Position numbers and translations under genes: made by a program. Below are positions 36,660 through 51,999 of a stretch of 64,000 nt of DNA, one piece after another. A model generated the notes under the pieces. That model had not been told where the DNA came from, did no database searches, and saw only the letters and a program-made list of their open reading frames with translations. Within the stretch, counting starts at the first letter, position 1. Every line of letters begins with the position of its first letter. The DNA is from Terriglobia bacterium (lineage in GTDB: Bacteria > Acidobacteriota > Terriglobia > 20CM-2-55-15). The stretch covers positions 608,001 through 672,000 of the forward strand of contig CAXWPJ010000009.1 of assembly GCA_963664115.2 (NCBI GenBank). The letters are read 5' to 3'.

Positions 36660-38030
36660 ATGAAAAACCCAACGCTGGTCGACAGAGTCGCCACGACGAT
36701 TGATAAGTGGCGGATGCTCTCCGCTGGGGATTCCCTGCTGATCGGAGTATCGGGTGGGGCCGATTCGGTGTGCCTGGTACATGTCCTCAGGGAGCTTGGC
36801 TTCAAACCCGGTCTGGCACACCTTAACCATGGCTGGCGCGGGCAAGAGTCCGACGAGGACGCCAGGTTCGTTGAAGATCTGGCAAAGAAGCTCGATCTGG
36901 ACTTCTTCGAACGCCGGAGCCAGGCGGATCCTGGCCAGGGCAACCGCGAAGCCACAGCCCGGACGAACCGGCAGGAATTCTTCCATGAAATCATGGAAAG
37001 CAACGGCATCGCCCGACTCGCACTGGGACATACGTCGGACGATCGGGTCGAAACCTTCCTGCACCACCTGCTCCGGGGTTCGGGAACCCGGGGTCTCGTA
37101 TCGATGCGCCCTCTCTCGGGCAAGATCGTCCGCCCCCTCATTCAATCGACTCGCCGGGAAGTTGAAGACTACCTCAAGGAAAGAAACCAAGCCTGGCGGG
37201 AAGACCGGACCAACGAAGATACCCGGTTCGTCAGGAACCGGATCCGCCACGTGGTCCTTCCAGAGTTGACTGCGGCGTTCAATCCCCGCCTTCAGGAATC
37301 GCTGTCGCGAACCATAGATATTCTCGAAGCCGAGGACGATTGGCTGGAGGGCAGCGTTCGTGAATGGCTCAAATCAAGAGCCTCCGGCGAGGGCGAGGCG
37401 CTGGTCGTCGATTTCGACGACCTCGGGTCAAAACCAATTGCCTTTGTCCGTAGGGTATTAATGGCCTCTTTGCGGTGGGCGGGCTCGTCTATGCAGGACA
37501 TCGGCTTCGATCATGTTGAAAACATTCGGTCTCTGCTTGAATCTGGTAAGAGTGGCCGCGTCATCGAGTTGCCGGGTCCAATCACGGTCGAGCGAAATTT
37601 CGGGCAACTGTTCTTCCGTCCGTCGGATTGGGTGCCTGCGGACTATGAGTACGAACTGACGATTCCGGGTGAGGTACACATCGCTGAAATCGGCACAATT
37701 TTCCAGGCTCACCTGCGTTCGCCCGACGCCCTAAAACCCAAGCAGGCCGGGGCCTTTGTCGATGGTGAATCTCTCGGACCGTGTGTTAAGATCAGGAATT
37801 GGAAAAACGGCGACTTCTATAATCCGATTGGCAGGCCGGCGTCTAAACTGAAGGAGTTGTTCCAGACGGAACGAATTCCGCAAAGGAAGAGGCGTCAGTG
37901 GCCGGTTTTTGTCGCCGAATCATCTATTGTCTGGGTAGCCTCTTTTCCCGTGTCCCGTGATTTCGTCCCGACGGGAACTTCCCGAAGCATCGTCGAGTTT
38001 GAGGCTGTGCCGTCAGCAAAGGTGATATAG
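36660..38030 (+). CDS. tilS: tRNA(Ile)-lysidine synthetase
   Basis: SGGADS, HLNHGWR, GHTSDDRVET, RNRIRH. Confidence 0.96.
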   Translation: MKNPTLVDRVATTIDKWRMLSAGDSLLIGVSGGADSVCLVHVLRELGFKPGLAHLNHGWRGQESDEDARFVEDLAKKLDLDFFERRSQADPGQGNREATARTNRQEFFHEIMESNGIARLALGHTSDDRVETFLHHLLRGSGTRGLVSMRPLSGKIVRPLIQSTRREVEDYLKERNQAWREDRTNEDTRFVRNRIRHVVLPELTAAFNPRLQESLSRTIDILEAEDDWLEGSVREWLKSRASGEGEALVVDFDDLGSKPIAFVRRVLMASLRWAGSSMQDIGFDHVENIRSLLESGKSGRVIELPGPITVERNFGQLFFRPSDWVPADYEYELTIPGEVHIAEIGTIFQAHLRSPDALKPKQAGAFVDGESLGPCVKIRNWKNGDFYNPIGRPASKLKELFQTERIPQRKRRQWPVFVAESSIVWVASFPVSRDFVPTGTSRSIVEFEAVPSAKVI

Positions 38031-38124
38031 CGCTGCCCCGGAAAACGTTTAGCGCTCAGGCTTGTCTAAATCATATGAGCCCGAACGCATCGAGATCGGG
38101 GTTGGCTGCTCTAGGGGGTTACTT

Positions 38125-40047
38125 TTGAATTCGACAACCAAGACCATTCTATTCTGGGTCGCGCTCCTGCTGACCGCTGTCCTTTTGTACCAGGTGGTTC
38201 AGCGAACGACGACCCGCGCGGAAGCCGAGTTCAACTTCAGCCGGTTCATGGAGGAAGTGGAACGCGGAGCGGTAAGAGAGGTCACGATTGCTGATTCCCA
38301 GGTCACGGGAGAACTCACCTCCGGCGAAGCCTTCAGGACATTCATCCCCATGGAGTACCCGGAGTTGCTGAGTCTCCTCAGGGAGAGGGACGTCGTCATC
38401 GAAGGCGTACCCTCCAACCAGAGCCCATGGTTGACGGCGCTACTTTCCTGGGCGCCGTTCTTGTTCATTATCGGATTCTGGATCTTTTTCATGCGGCAGA
38501 TGCAGAGCGGTGGGAACAAAGCCCTCTCGTTCGGCAAGAGCCGAGCCCGTCTCTTGACGGCCCATCAGAAGAAGATCACGTTCAAGGACGTCTCCGGTGT
38601 GGACGAGGCGAAAGAAGAGCTCCACGAAATTATTGATTTCCTGAAAGAACCCCAGAAATATCAGAAGTTGGGTGGCCGCATCCCCAAGGGCGTTCTGTTG
38701 GTCGGCCCTCCAGGAACAGGCAAGACACTTCTGGCGCGCGCCATCGCGGGAGAAGCCAACGTCCCATTCTTTTCGATCAGCGGTTCCGATTTCGTTGAGA
38801 TGTTCGTCGGTGTTGGGGCTTCCCGTGTCCGCGACCTTTTCGAACAGGGTAAGAAGAACGCACCGTGCATCGTATTTATCGACGAGATCGACGCTGTCGG
38901 ACGGCATCGGGGCGCGGGATTGGGCGGCGGCCACGACGAACGCGAGCAGACTCTGAACCAGTTGCTCGTGGAGATGGACGGGTTTGAGTCCAACGAAGGT
39001 GTCATTCTCGTGGCAGCCACGAACCGTCCGGACGTGCTGGACCCGGCATTGCTGAGACCCGGCCGTTTCGACCGGCGCGTTGTCGTACCGCGCCCCGATG
39101 TCAGAGGGCGCGAGGGGATCCTCAACGTTCACATCCGAAAGATCCCTTTGATGGACGATGTGGATCTCGGGGTCATCGCCCGCAGCACACCCGGCTTCAC
39201 AGGCGCAGACCTTGCGAATCTCATCAACGAAGCGGCTTTGAATGCCGCAAGGATGAACCACAAGGCCGTCGGCATGGAAGACTTCGAAACCTCGAAGGAC
39301 AAGGTGATGATGGGTGCGGCACGAAAGTCGATGATCATCAGCGAGCACGAGAAAATGGTCACTGCATATCACGAAGCCGGACATGCCCTCGTCGCGGCGA
39401 TGGTTCCCGGCGCAGACCCCCTACATAAAGTGACGATCATTCCCCGCGGCATGGCTCTGGGCGTGACGCAGCAGCTACCGATAGACGATAGACACACCTA
39501 TCCTCGCACCTACCTGGAAGGGCAGCTTGCGATCATGATGGGAGGGCGTTTGGCCGAAGATCTTTTCCTGGACACGGTGACGACGGGTGCCGGAAACGAC
39601 ATCGAACAGGCCACTGAATTAGCCCGCAAGATGGTTTGCAATTACGGTATGTCCGAGATCGGCCCGCTGACCTTCGGCCGCCAGGAAGAGCAGATTTTCC
39701 TGGGGCGCGAGATCAGTCAGCACCGGGATTACAGTGAGGCTACAGCGCAAGCGATCGACGAACAAGTCCGCAATTTCGTAATGCAGGGCTACGAACGCGC
39801 AAAAGGGATATTAACTGAAAACAAAGACGCGCTCATCCGCATTGCCGAGGCTCTGCTCGAAAGGGAATCGCTGGACGGTGTCGACATTCAGACACTGATC
39901 GATGGACAGCCCTTAAAGGAGAAACCGGCTCCGACACCGCCGCAGAAGGACGAGGACGAAAAGGGCGAGAAGAGCGAAAGCGCAGAGCCCGAAAAGGAAA
40001 ACGTCGTCCCTCCGATTCCGCCGCACGAAAACCCCTCGCCTGCCTGA
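38125..40047 (+). CDS. ftsH: ATP-dependent zinc metalloprotease FtsH
   Basis: Two TM segments, [17 protein letters not shown]; TTG start after GGGGG. Confidence 0.97.
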   Translation: MNSTTKTILFWVALLLTAVLLYQVVQRTTTRAEAEFNFSRFMEEVERGAVREVTIADSQVTGELTSGEAFRTFIPMEYPELLSLLRERDVVIEGVPSNQSPWLTALLSWAPFLFIIGFWIFFMRQMQSGGNKALSFGKSRARLLTAHQKKITFKDVSGVDEAKEELHEIIDFLKEPQKYQKLGGRIPKGVLLVGPPGTGKTLLARAIAGEANVPFFSISGSDFVEMFVGVGASRVRDLFEQGKKNAPCIVFIDEIDAVGRHRGAGLGGGHDEREQTLNQLLVEMDGFESNEGVILVAATNRPDVLDPALLRPGRFDRRVVVPRPDVRGREGILNVHIRKIPLMDDVDLGVIARSTPGFTGADLANLINEAALNAARMNHKAVGMEDFETSKDKVMMGAARKSMIISEHEKMVTAYHEAGHALVAAMVPGADPLHKVTIIPRGMALGVTQQLPIDDRHTYPRTYLEGQLAIMMGGRLAEDLFLDTVTTGAGNDIEQATELARKMVCNYGMSEIGPLTFGRQEEQIFLGREISQHRDYSEATAQAIDEQVRNFVMQGYERAKGILTENKDALIRIAEALLERESLDGVDIQTLIDGQPLKEKPAPTPPQKDEDEKGEKSESAEPEKENVVPPIPPHENPSPA

Positions 40048-40056
40048 AGCACAGCG

Positions 40057-40146
40057 AAAATGGGGTCAGAGCCCTATATTCCGATTTAACGGATTGGCCA
40101 CCCGTGGAGTCATTAATTAGGTAAATAGGGCTCTGACCCTATTTTT
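40057..40146. repeat. REP-like inverted repeat pair GGGGTCAGAGCCCTAT...ATAGGGCTCTGACCC
   Basis: Two inverted arms with a ~42-bp spacer. Confidence 0.7.
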
Positions 40147-40159
40147 ATGATGAGTTACG

Positions 40160-40188
40160 AGCCAGAGGCCAGCGCTTCTGGCTTTTTT
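40160..40188 (+). terminator. Terminator-like hairpin between ftsH and folP
   Basis: AGCCAGAGGC-CAGC-GCTTCTGGCT-TTTTT. Confidence 0.6.
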
Positions 40189-40191
40189 CTT

Positions 40192-41031
40192 ATGCGCAAA
40201 AACTATAACTGGAAGTTGCCTCGCACTTTGATTGAGTTGGGCTCCCGAACTGCGATCATGGGGATCCTCAACCTGACACCGGATTCCTTTTCCGATGGCG
40301 GCCTCTACAACGACCCGGAGCAGGCCGTGGACCGGGCCTTAGAAATTGAGGCAGAAGGCGCCGACCTGTTAGACATCGGAGGGCAATCCACTCGCCCCCT
40401 CAGTTCGCCGCTTGGTGCGAGCGAAGAGGCACGACGGGTGCTTCCCTTGCTGGAACGAATCGTATCGACGATCAAGATCCCCGTTTCCATAGACACCTAC
40501 CACGCGGAAGTGGCGAGGCTGGCTATGTCCGCTGGAGCCCAGATAATCAACGATATCAGTGGCTTCCGGATCGACCCTGAAATGATAAATATTGCACGCA
40601 AAACCGGGGCGGGAGTGGTATTGATGCACAGCCGTGGCGACCGGGACGAAATCCATTTACAAAAGGATGGCGAAGGGCCCGATACGATCCGGGACGAATT
40701 ACTCCAAACCTCGGTGCATGCCGTGAGCAGCGGCATCGCTGCCGAAGCAATCGTTGTGGATCCCGGCATCGGCTTCTCCAAAGGCCGCGAGACCAGTCTA
40801 AAAGTCTTAAAAAGACTCGATATTTTTAGTACACTAGGCTATCCGTTACTGGTGGGCACGTCCCGTAAATCGTTCATTAAGGTAGATATACCTGTCGCCG
40901 AGGCTGCTGATTGGAGCACGGCGGCGGCCGTAGCACTGGCTATAGCTGGGGGCGCACAAATTGTTCGCGTTCACGATGTCGCCCATATGCGGGTGGTCGT
41001 GCAGGTTGCGGATTCCGTTCTCCAAGCCTGA
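40192..41031 (+). CDS. folP: Dihydropteroate synthase
   Basis: MGILNLTPDSFSDGG, DIGGQSTRP, DPGIGF, SRKSF, RVHDV. Confidence 0.96.
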   Translation: MRKNYNWKLPRTLIELGSRTAIMGILNLTPDSFSDGGLYNDPEQAVDRALEIEAEGADLLDIGGQSTRPLSSPLGASEEARRVLPLLERIVSTIKIPVSIDTYHAEVARLAMSAGAQIINDISGFRIDPEMINIARKTGAGVVLMHSRGDRDEIHLQKDGEGPDTIRDELLQTSVHAVSSGIAAEAIVVDPGIGFSKGRETSLKVLKRLDIFSTLGYPLLVGTSRKSFIKVDIPVAEAADWSTAAAVALAIAGGAQIVRVHDVAHMRVVVQVADSVLQA

Positions 41032-41095
41032 GGGGCGGAGAACCCGATCAAGAGTTAAAAGTTACCGGAAAAGCACTCTTAACTTCTAACTTCTT

Positions 41096-41902
41096 ATGCT
41101 CAACGATCTTTCATTGCCGGCACTCGATCTGTACGCGCTTCTCGACATCAGTGTCGTCGCGATCATCATCTATCAGGCCCTCCTCCTGATGAGGGGGACG
41201 CGTGCCGTCCAGATGGCGCTCGGTCTCACACTGGTCATCGCCTTCTTTTACGTGTCGCGGTGGAGCCAACTCGCTACGCTGTCCTGGCTGCTGACCAACA
41301 TCCTTTCCTATTTGTTCATCGCGGTCATCGTAATCTTCCAATCCGAAATTCGCCGCGCGCTGGCGCACTTCGGGAAGACGCCTTTCTTTAGCGGATTTTC
41401 TTCGATCAATCGTAGCGAGTTATACGAGGAAATCGTTTTGGCATCGACCACGCTGGCCGAACGACGCACCGGTGCGCTGATCGTGATCGAGCGGGACATT
41501 GGCCTGAAGAACTACATAGAAAGCGGCATCGCACTGGATTCTCTGATTTCATACGATCTATTGGTGACTGTCTTCGACCCGTCGGTCCCGCTGCACGATG
41601 GAGCAGCAATTATCCGGAACAACCGGATTGCGGCCACGGCTTGCTTCTTGCCTCTGACGGTCAATCCGATTCTGAGTAAGGAACTTGGAACACGACATCG
41701 CGCAGCCATCGGTGTCACCGAGGAAACAGACAGCGTAGCCATCGTCGTCTCCGAAGAAACCGGATCTATTTCGTTTGCCTCCAACGGAAAGATTGAGCGG
41801 TTTCTGGATGCGGACAGCCTCCGGCTGAAGCTGCGCGAGGCCTTCGGAAAGAAGACTCCGGACAAAATATTGAACCCGGTCACTTCACCGGCGGAATCGT
41901 AA
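41096..41902 (+). CDS. cdaA: Diadenylate cyclase CdaA
   Basis: Three TM segments, LHDGA, GTRHRAA, VSEETG. Confidence 0.95.
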   Translation: MLNDLSLPALDLYALLDISVVAIIIYQALLLMRGTRAVQMALGLTLVIAFFYVSRWSQLATLSWLLTNILSYLFIAVIVIFQSEIRRALAHFGKTPFFSGFSSINRSELYEEIVLASTTLAERRTGALIVIERDIGLKNYIESGIALDSLISYDLLVTVFDPSVPLHDGAAIIRNNRIAATACFLPLTVNPILSKELGTRHRAAIGVTEETDSVAIVVSEETGSISFASNGKIERFLDADSLRLKLREAFGKKTPDKILNPVTSPAES

Positions 41903-41906
41903 GAAG

Positions 41907-42836
41907 ATGTTTCCTTTTCGCCGTTTCCTCACACACAACTGGTTTCTGAAATTGTTTTCAGTGTTGGTCGCGGGTCTGCTCTGGCTGACGATCGCGAGCG
42001 AAACGAACTCGGTCATCAACCGAACGATTGCTCTGGAATTTCAGGGCATCCCGCTGAATATGGAGATCACCGGAGAAACGGCTACGCAAGTTGACCTTCA
42101 ATTAAGGGGGTCGTCCAGCCTGTTGAACGGAATTTCGCCGGCCGATGTTGCTGCTGTCATCTCACTGATCGGGGAAACTCCGGGCCCCAAGACCGTCAAT
42201 CTTTCTTCGGCAGACATCCAGACGCCGTTTGGCGTTGAAGTCCTTCGAATTGATCCGATTCGGATCCAGTTTGCCCTCGAACGCACGCTGACGCGGACGC
42301 TCCCCGTGCGGGTCGTTGTCGAAGGCGAGCCCGCCGAAGACCACGAAGTCATTACGTACTTCGTCACACCCAGCACAGTCAACGTGGTCGGTCCGGAATC
42401 CAATATACGCCCGCTGGAATCATTGCCCACGACATCAGTGCGTATTGACGGCTCGAGGTTAACCGTACGCACATTCGCTGATTTGAACATCGTAGATCCA
42501 CTGGTGAGACTGGAATCCCTGTCGCCTCACGAAGTGCAGGTTGAGATTCGCGAGGTCCGGGTGGATAGTCCTTACAGGGCTACGATGGATCCCTCTCTCG
42601 ACGATCCATCCCTGTGGCTCGTCGAACCGACTTCGATTACCGTAACTGTCCAGGGGCCCAAGAGCCTCATGACCGATTTTGATCCAAGCAATCTCTACTT
42701 CACGATCGACACATCGCTTCTCTCGCCGGGCAGCCACCAGTTGACACCCGAAATTCTTGGCATCAGTGATCCCTTTTCGATTGCGTTGCTAGAACCTGAG
42801 ACCATCGAGATCATGGTCCGCTCGGCGTCTCAGTGA
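41907..42836 (+). CDS. cdaR: CdaA regulator CdaR (YbbR domains)
   Basis: NWFLKLFSVL..LLW N-terminus, P..V.V.GP repeats; synteny. Confidence 0.88.
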   Translation: MFPFRRFLTHNWFLKLFSVLVAGLLWLTIASETNSVINRTIALEFQGIPLNMEITGETATQVDLQLRGSSSLLNGISPADVAAVISLIGETPGPKTVNLSSADIQTPFGVEVLRIDPIRIQFALERTLTRTLPVRVVVEGEPAEDHEVITYFVTPSTVNVVGPESNIRPLESLPTTSVRIDGSRLTVRTFADLNIVDPLVRLESLSPHEVQVEIREVRVDSPYRATMDPSLDDPSLWLVEPTSITVTVQGPKSLMTDFDPSNLYFTIDTSLLSPGSHQLTPEILGISDPFSIALLEPETIEIMVRSASQ

Positions 42837-42899
42837 TCAAGTTAAGAGTTAAAACCAAACGAGATAGAACCTGCGATTTATAGCTGTTAACTCTTAACA

Positions 42900-44261
42900 A
42901 TGACCAAACTTTTCGGCACAGACGGCATCCGCTCGCGAGCAGGCGACTTCCCACTCAACCCTCCTTCCATTCTGGCTATAGGTCAGGCCATCGGAGAACG
43001 CCTGGGCGGACCGATTCTTATTGGCCAGGACCCGCGGGCATCGAGCCCATGGATTGCAGCCTTGCTCAAACAGGGACTGGATAGCATCGGAGTCGAACTC
43101 GAAGATGCCGGCATGCTGCCGACTCCGGCAGTCGCGATCCTTACGAAACGGACCCCCGTTCGCGGCGGCATAATGATTTCAGCCTCCCACAATTCATACG
43201 AAGACAACGGCATCAAGGTCTTCGGGGCCGATGGAAGAAAGCTGGCCGAGGGCGACGAAACCGGTATCGAAACACGCGTCGGTGAACTCCTCGGCCTCGG
43301 TCAGGATTTATCAGCAACAAGGCAAGCGGACGTCGACCCGCATGATGTCGAGACGTATCGAAGAACACCGTGTGAGAACCACTACATGGAATTGCTCGCT
43401 GAACGCTTTCCCTCCCGACCTTGGCTGAAGGGATTCCGCATAATCGCAGATTGCGCAAACGGAGCGATGAGCACCCTCGCTCCGGCTCTCTTTGCATCTT
43501 GCGGCGCCGAAGTGTCCACGATTCATGCGAGCCCGTCGGGGGAGAACATCAACGCCGGGTGCGGCGCCCTGCATCCGGAAAGCTTGATCGACCATGTCAG
43601 GAAAAGTCGGGCGGATCTCGGAGTCGCTTTCGACGGTGACGGTGACCGATCCATCTTCGTATCCTCCACGGGTGAACTCGTGGACGGAGATGGGGTCCTG
43701 CTCGTCATGGCCCGCCGGCTCAAGAAAGACGGACGACTGACCCCTCCCGCAGTCGTCGGAACGTCGATGACGAACTACGGTCTCGAGCTGGCGTTCGCGG
43801 AGGAAGGGATAGCGCTCATCCGTGTGGACGTTGGCGACCGCTACGTTTTTCAGGAAATGTTGTCGTCTGGAGCACAACTGGGAGGCGAGCCCTCCGGCCA
43901 CATAATCTTCTCTGACTACGGCCTTTCAGGAGACGGACTGTTGACGGCACTGAAAGTCTCGGAAGCGATTGTGCGAGAAGAACTTACACTGGACGAACTG
44001 GTTCGGGGGTGGCAGTCGGCTCCACAACTACTCCGGAATTTGAGGGTCAGCGAAAAAATTCCCTTGGAATCATTGCCCACGGTCGGCGAAAAAATCAGCG
44101 AAATAGCTAAGCGGCTCGAGGGTCGCGGCCGGATTGTGGTGCGTTATTCAGGGACCGAACCTCTGCTTCGTATCATGATCGAGAGCGACTCCGCAGATAC
44201 GAACAACGCCTATGCGGACGAGCTGCTCGGCGTCGTAGAGAAAAACCTGCGAAACCCGTAG
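42900..44261 (+). CDS. glmM: Phosphoglucosamine mutase
   Basis: FGTDGIR, ISASHN, DGDGDR, VRYSGTEP. Confidence 0.96.
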   Translation: MTKLFGTDGIRSRAGDFPLNPPSILAIGQAIGERLGGPILIGQDPRASSPWIAALLKQGLDSIGVELEDAGMLPTPAVAILTKRTPVRGGIMISASHNSYEDNGIKVFGADGRKLAEGDETGIETRVGELLGLGQDLSATRQADVDPHDVETYRRTPCENHYMELLAERFPSRPWLKGFRIIADCANGAMSTLAPALFASCGAEVSTIHASPSGENINAGCGALHPESLIDHVRKSRADLGVAFDGDGDRSIFVSSTGELVDGDGVLLVMARRLKKDGRLTPPAVVGTSMTNYGLELAFAEEGIALIRVDVGDRYVFQEMLSSGAQLGGEPSGHIIFSDYGLSGDGLLTALKVSEAIVREELTLDELVRGWQSAPQLLRNLRVSEKIPLESLPTVGEKISEIAKRLEGRGRIVVRYSGTEPLLRIMIESDSADTNNAYADELLGVVEKNLRNP

Positions 44262-44279
44262 AAAACAGGAAGTCTACGC

Positions 44280-44308
44280 TTGACTCTGAAAGCAGTGCCC
44301 CCTATCAT
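44280..44308 (+). promoter_or_regulatory. rRNA operon sigma70 promoter
   Basis: TTGACT-N17-TATCAT; boxA TGCTCTTTGACAA at 44464. Confidence 0.75.
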
Positions 44309-44552
44309 TGTTTGCTGTGCCTGCGTACTTGAGTACCATCGTATGCAGGGTGGTGATAGGAACCGCTAAGTAACATCCGGCGGTCTTTTTTTACCCCTCA
44401 AAACCCTTAAAAGCTTCTGGCTGGACAGGTGTTTTCGAGCGCAGTTTGAGGCCTGAGAGCCTTTGCTCTTTGACAACGGAAAGCGTGCCTAAAGTCGAAT
44501 CTATAGCTGAGTCTTTGGCTAGCGAGCTAATTTGTATCAACTTTCAAGAGTT

Positions 44553-46085
<1,533 letters not shown>

Positions 46086-46282
46086 GAGTATTTTCACGCT
46101 TCGCAAGTCAGTTTTAGGATTCAGTTCCGGCTGACAGGTACGCTTTCCGCCTCAGACAGATTGAGGAAAATAACAGTAAAAACTCTGGCACTCGACAACG
46201 TGCCGGCGCCGTAAGTCAATGTTTGCGAACTCTACAGCGAGCAGGCAGGCGGAGCCGGCAACCTCAGTCGCTGAACCAACAG

Positions 46283-46356
<74 letters not shown>

Positions 46357-46425
46357 TTCCAACGGGGCCGGTAAAGGTGCAGTCTCTGACAGCACAACTT
46401 GAGCCCGAATTGTACGGGTGGTCCA

Positions 46426-46498
46426 GGGGATGTAGCTCAATTGGGAGAGCGCCGCCTTTGCAAGGCGGAGGTCGTCGGTTCGATCCCGATCATCTCCA
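46426..46498 (+). tRNA. tRNA-Ala(TGC)
   Basis: Cloverleaf with TTTGCAA loop in the ITS. Confidence 0.97.
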
Positions 46499-46791
46499 TT
46501 TGTCGGCCTAGCGGCCAACAAATGGGTGTTGTCCATTAACTTGGGGCCCACCGTCCGAAGACGGCCGGTACCCCCAAGTCGGGAGCACCCACAACCGTTT
46601 GGTTAGCAGTTGCGCTGCTATTCGGACTCTCTGGTCTTTGACAATTGAATATTGATGGGTAATTACTACGAAATGAATTCGTGGGACGGACCGCGCGTGA
46701 CGGCTGCTTTTTTAGGGTCGAAGCCAGCGGTTTGGTATTTCCTGCGGATTCAACTGAGTAGAACGAGCGTCTTAGGCAAATCTTTGGTAGT

Positions 46792-49787
<2,996 letters not shown>

Positions 49788-49912
49788 TTACGATCTAATC
49801 ACTACAAAACTTCGCCCTAACGGCGCTCATTACCCATCAATATTGAATTGTCAGGGACTGCCAATCCTGGGCTCGACCCAGGACATTGGTTCTTTGACGC
49901 AATTTATCAGGT

Positions 49913-50032
<120 letters not shown>

Positions 50033-50039
50033 TTTAATT

Positions 50040-50088
50040 AGAAAGCCCCGTTCAATCGAGTCTTCGGACATGGTTGGCGGGGCTTTCT
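50040..50088 (+). terminator. Terminator after the rRNA operon
   Basis: AGAAAGCCCCG...CGGGGCTTTCT. Confidence 0.75.
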
Positions 50089-50465
50089 CGGTCACCGGTC
50101 CCAAACATCCCCGTACCTCCCCCTTGACCCCTGCAAGACGACGTAATAGCATCGCGCCTTCATTACTAAATCGCTGATTTACTACAAGGGAGGAAGTTCA
50201 ATGTCCATAGCACGCACGAGCGCGGTGTCGATTGCGCTGCTGGTCGTAGGGATAGCACTTGCGCCTGTGGCAAACGGACAAATGTTTCAGGATGGGTCCA
50301 AGGACGCCACTGTGATCAAGCGGAGTAACGAGTTATAACCGAATCTGGTGTTTGAGGGATTGAATAAGAGCGGCGTATCTGGTTGATTTGTTGTGACAAA
50401 ACTTCAAAGCAACCATAGGAGATACGCCACTGTGAGCAAGAGTAACGTGAATGGACCGGAAGGTC

Positions 50466-51847
50466 GAGTTATAACCGAATCTGGTGTTTGAGGGATTGAA
50501 TAAGAGCGGCGTATCTGGTTGATTTGTTGTGACAAAACTTCAAAGCAACCATAGGAGATACGCCACTGTGAGCAAGAGTAACGTGAATGGACCGGAAGGT
50601 CGAGAAACGATTGAGGATCCAGTAACAGAACTACTACGAGTTGGGGCACAGCAACTGATCCAACGCGCAGTGGAAGCCGAATTGGCAGAGCTGCTATCCC
50701 AGCACGGTGGCCGGCGAACTGAGACAGGAAACGCCGGGGTGGTACGCAACGGTTATCTGCCGGAACGCGAACTGCAGACGGGATTGGGTCCGGTAACAGT
50801 CCAAATCCCGAAGGTCCGTGCCAAGACGGGCGAAGCTGTGACGTTCCGATCGGCCCTGGTACCACCGTACATTCGGAAGACGAAGTCGCTGGAAGCAGCG
50901 GTGCCGTGGTTGTATTTGAAAGGCGTTTCCAGCGGCGAGATGGGTGAGGCCCTAAAAGTTCTTGTCGGTCCCCAGGCGCAGGGTCTGTCGGCGAGCACGG
51001 TATCGCGGTTGAAACAGGTTTGGGGCGAACAGTACCGCCTCGGATGCGAGGAGCGTTTGGATGCAGATCGCTGGGTCTATGTCTGGGCCGACGGCATCTA
51101 CAGCGGACTTCGGGCGGAACAAACCAAGTTGTGTGCATTGGTCGTGATCGGCGTGAATGAACGCGGAGAGAAGCGTTTCCTGGCGATCGAAGACGGTGTA
51201 CGGGAATCGACACAGAGTTGGCGCGAGGTCTTGTTGAAGCTGAAGTCCCGTGGGATGAATGTTCCGAAGTTGGCCATCGGTGACGGTGCGATGGGGTTCT
51301 GGGCCGCACTGGAGGAAATCTATCCCGAGACACGTCAACAACGTTGCTGGATGCACAAAGTCATGAACGTCCTCAACTGCCTGCCCAAGTCGGTCCAGGC
51401 GAAGGCGAAACAGGCCCTGCACTCGATCTGGCAGGCCGAGACGAAGGCAGACGCCGAGAAGGCATTCGACTTGTTCATTGAAACCTATGAACCGAAGTAT
51501 CCGAAAGCCACACTCTGCCTGCAGAAAGACAGAGAGGAACTGCTGGCCTTTTACGACTTTCCGGCCAAGCACTGGCAGAGCATCAGAACGACGAATCCCA
51601 TTGAGTCGACCTTTGCCACCATTCGACACCGAACGAAGCGATCCAGAGGTTGCCTGACACGGGATGGCATGCTGCACATGATGTTCAAACTGGGCCAGTG
51701 CGCTGAGAACAATTGGCGACGATTACGAGGATTCGATGATCTGAGCAAGGTAATCATCGGAGTGAAATTCAACGATGGTGTCGAAGCGACACAAGTCGAT
51801 CAGGCCGCCGCTTGAATCAATCTCCTAAACACCACTTTTGACAATAA
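50466..51847 (+). mobile_element. IS256 family element, copy 2 (preceded by a duplicated 136-bp left end from 50330)
   Basis: Matches 26459..27843 in reverse orientation. Confidence 0.88.
50568..51815 (+). CDS. IS256 family transposase
   Basis: Protein identical to copy 1. Confidence 0.93.
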   Translation: MSKSNVNGPEGRETIEDPVTELLRVGAQQLIQRAVEAELAELLSQHGGRRTETGNAGVVRNGYLPERELQTGLGPVTVQIPKVRAKTGEAVTFRSALVPPYIRKTKSLEAAVPWLYLKGVSSGEMGEALKVLVGPQAQGLSASTVSRLKQVWGEQYRLGCEERLDADRWVYVWADGIYSGLRAEQTKLCALVVIGVNERGEKRFLAIEDGVRESTQSWREVLLKLKSRGMNVPKLAIGDGAMGFWAALEEIYPETRQQRCWMHKVMNVLNCLPKSVQAKAKQALHSIWQAETKADAEKAFDLFIETYEPKYPKATLCLQKDREELLAFYDFPAKHWQSIRTTNPIESTFATIRHRTKRSRGCLTRDGMLHMMFKLGQCAENNWRRLRGFDDLSKVIIGVKFNDGVEATQVDQAAA

Positions 51848-51999
51848 ACGATTGAGGATCCAGTAACAGAACATTACTGAGGCAGTTATACGAGTTGATC
51901 TGGGCCCCAGGCACAGAGCAAGAGTAAACCGGATCCAAGGCGTAACAGAACTACTACGGTTGGGGCCAGCGTGGAAGCCGAATCCCGAAAGAAGTCAGA

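Noticed and set aside
35357-38030. Functional pairing of the CAT tRNA with nearby tilS
   Set aside because: Cannot tell Met from Ile2 by eye, and unrelated genes lie between them
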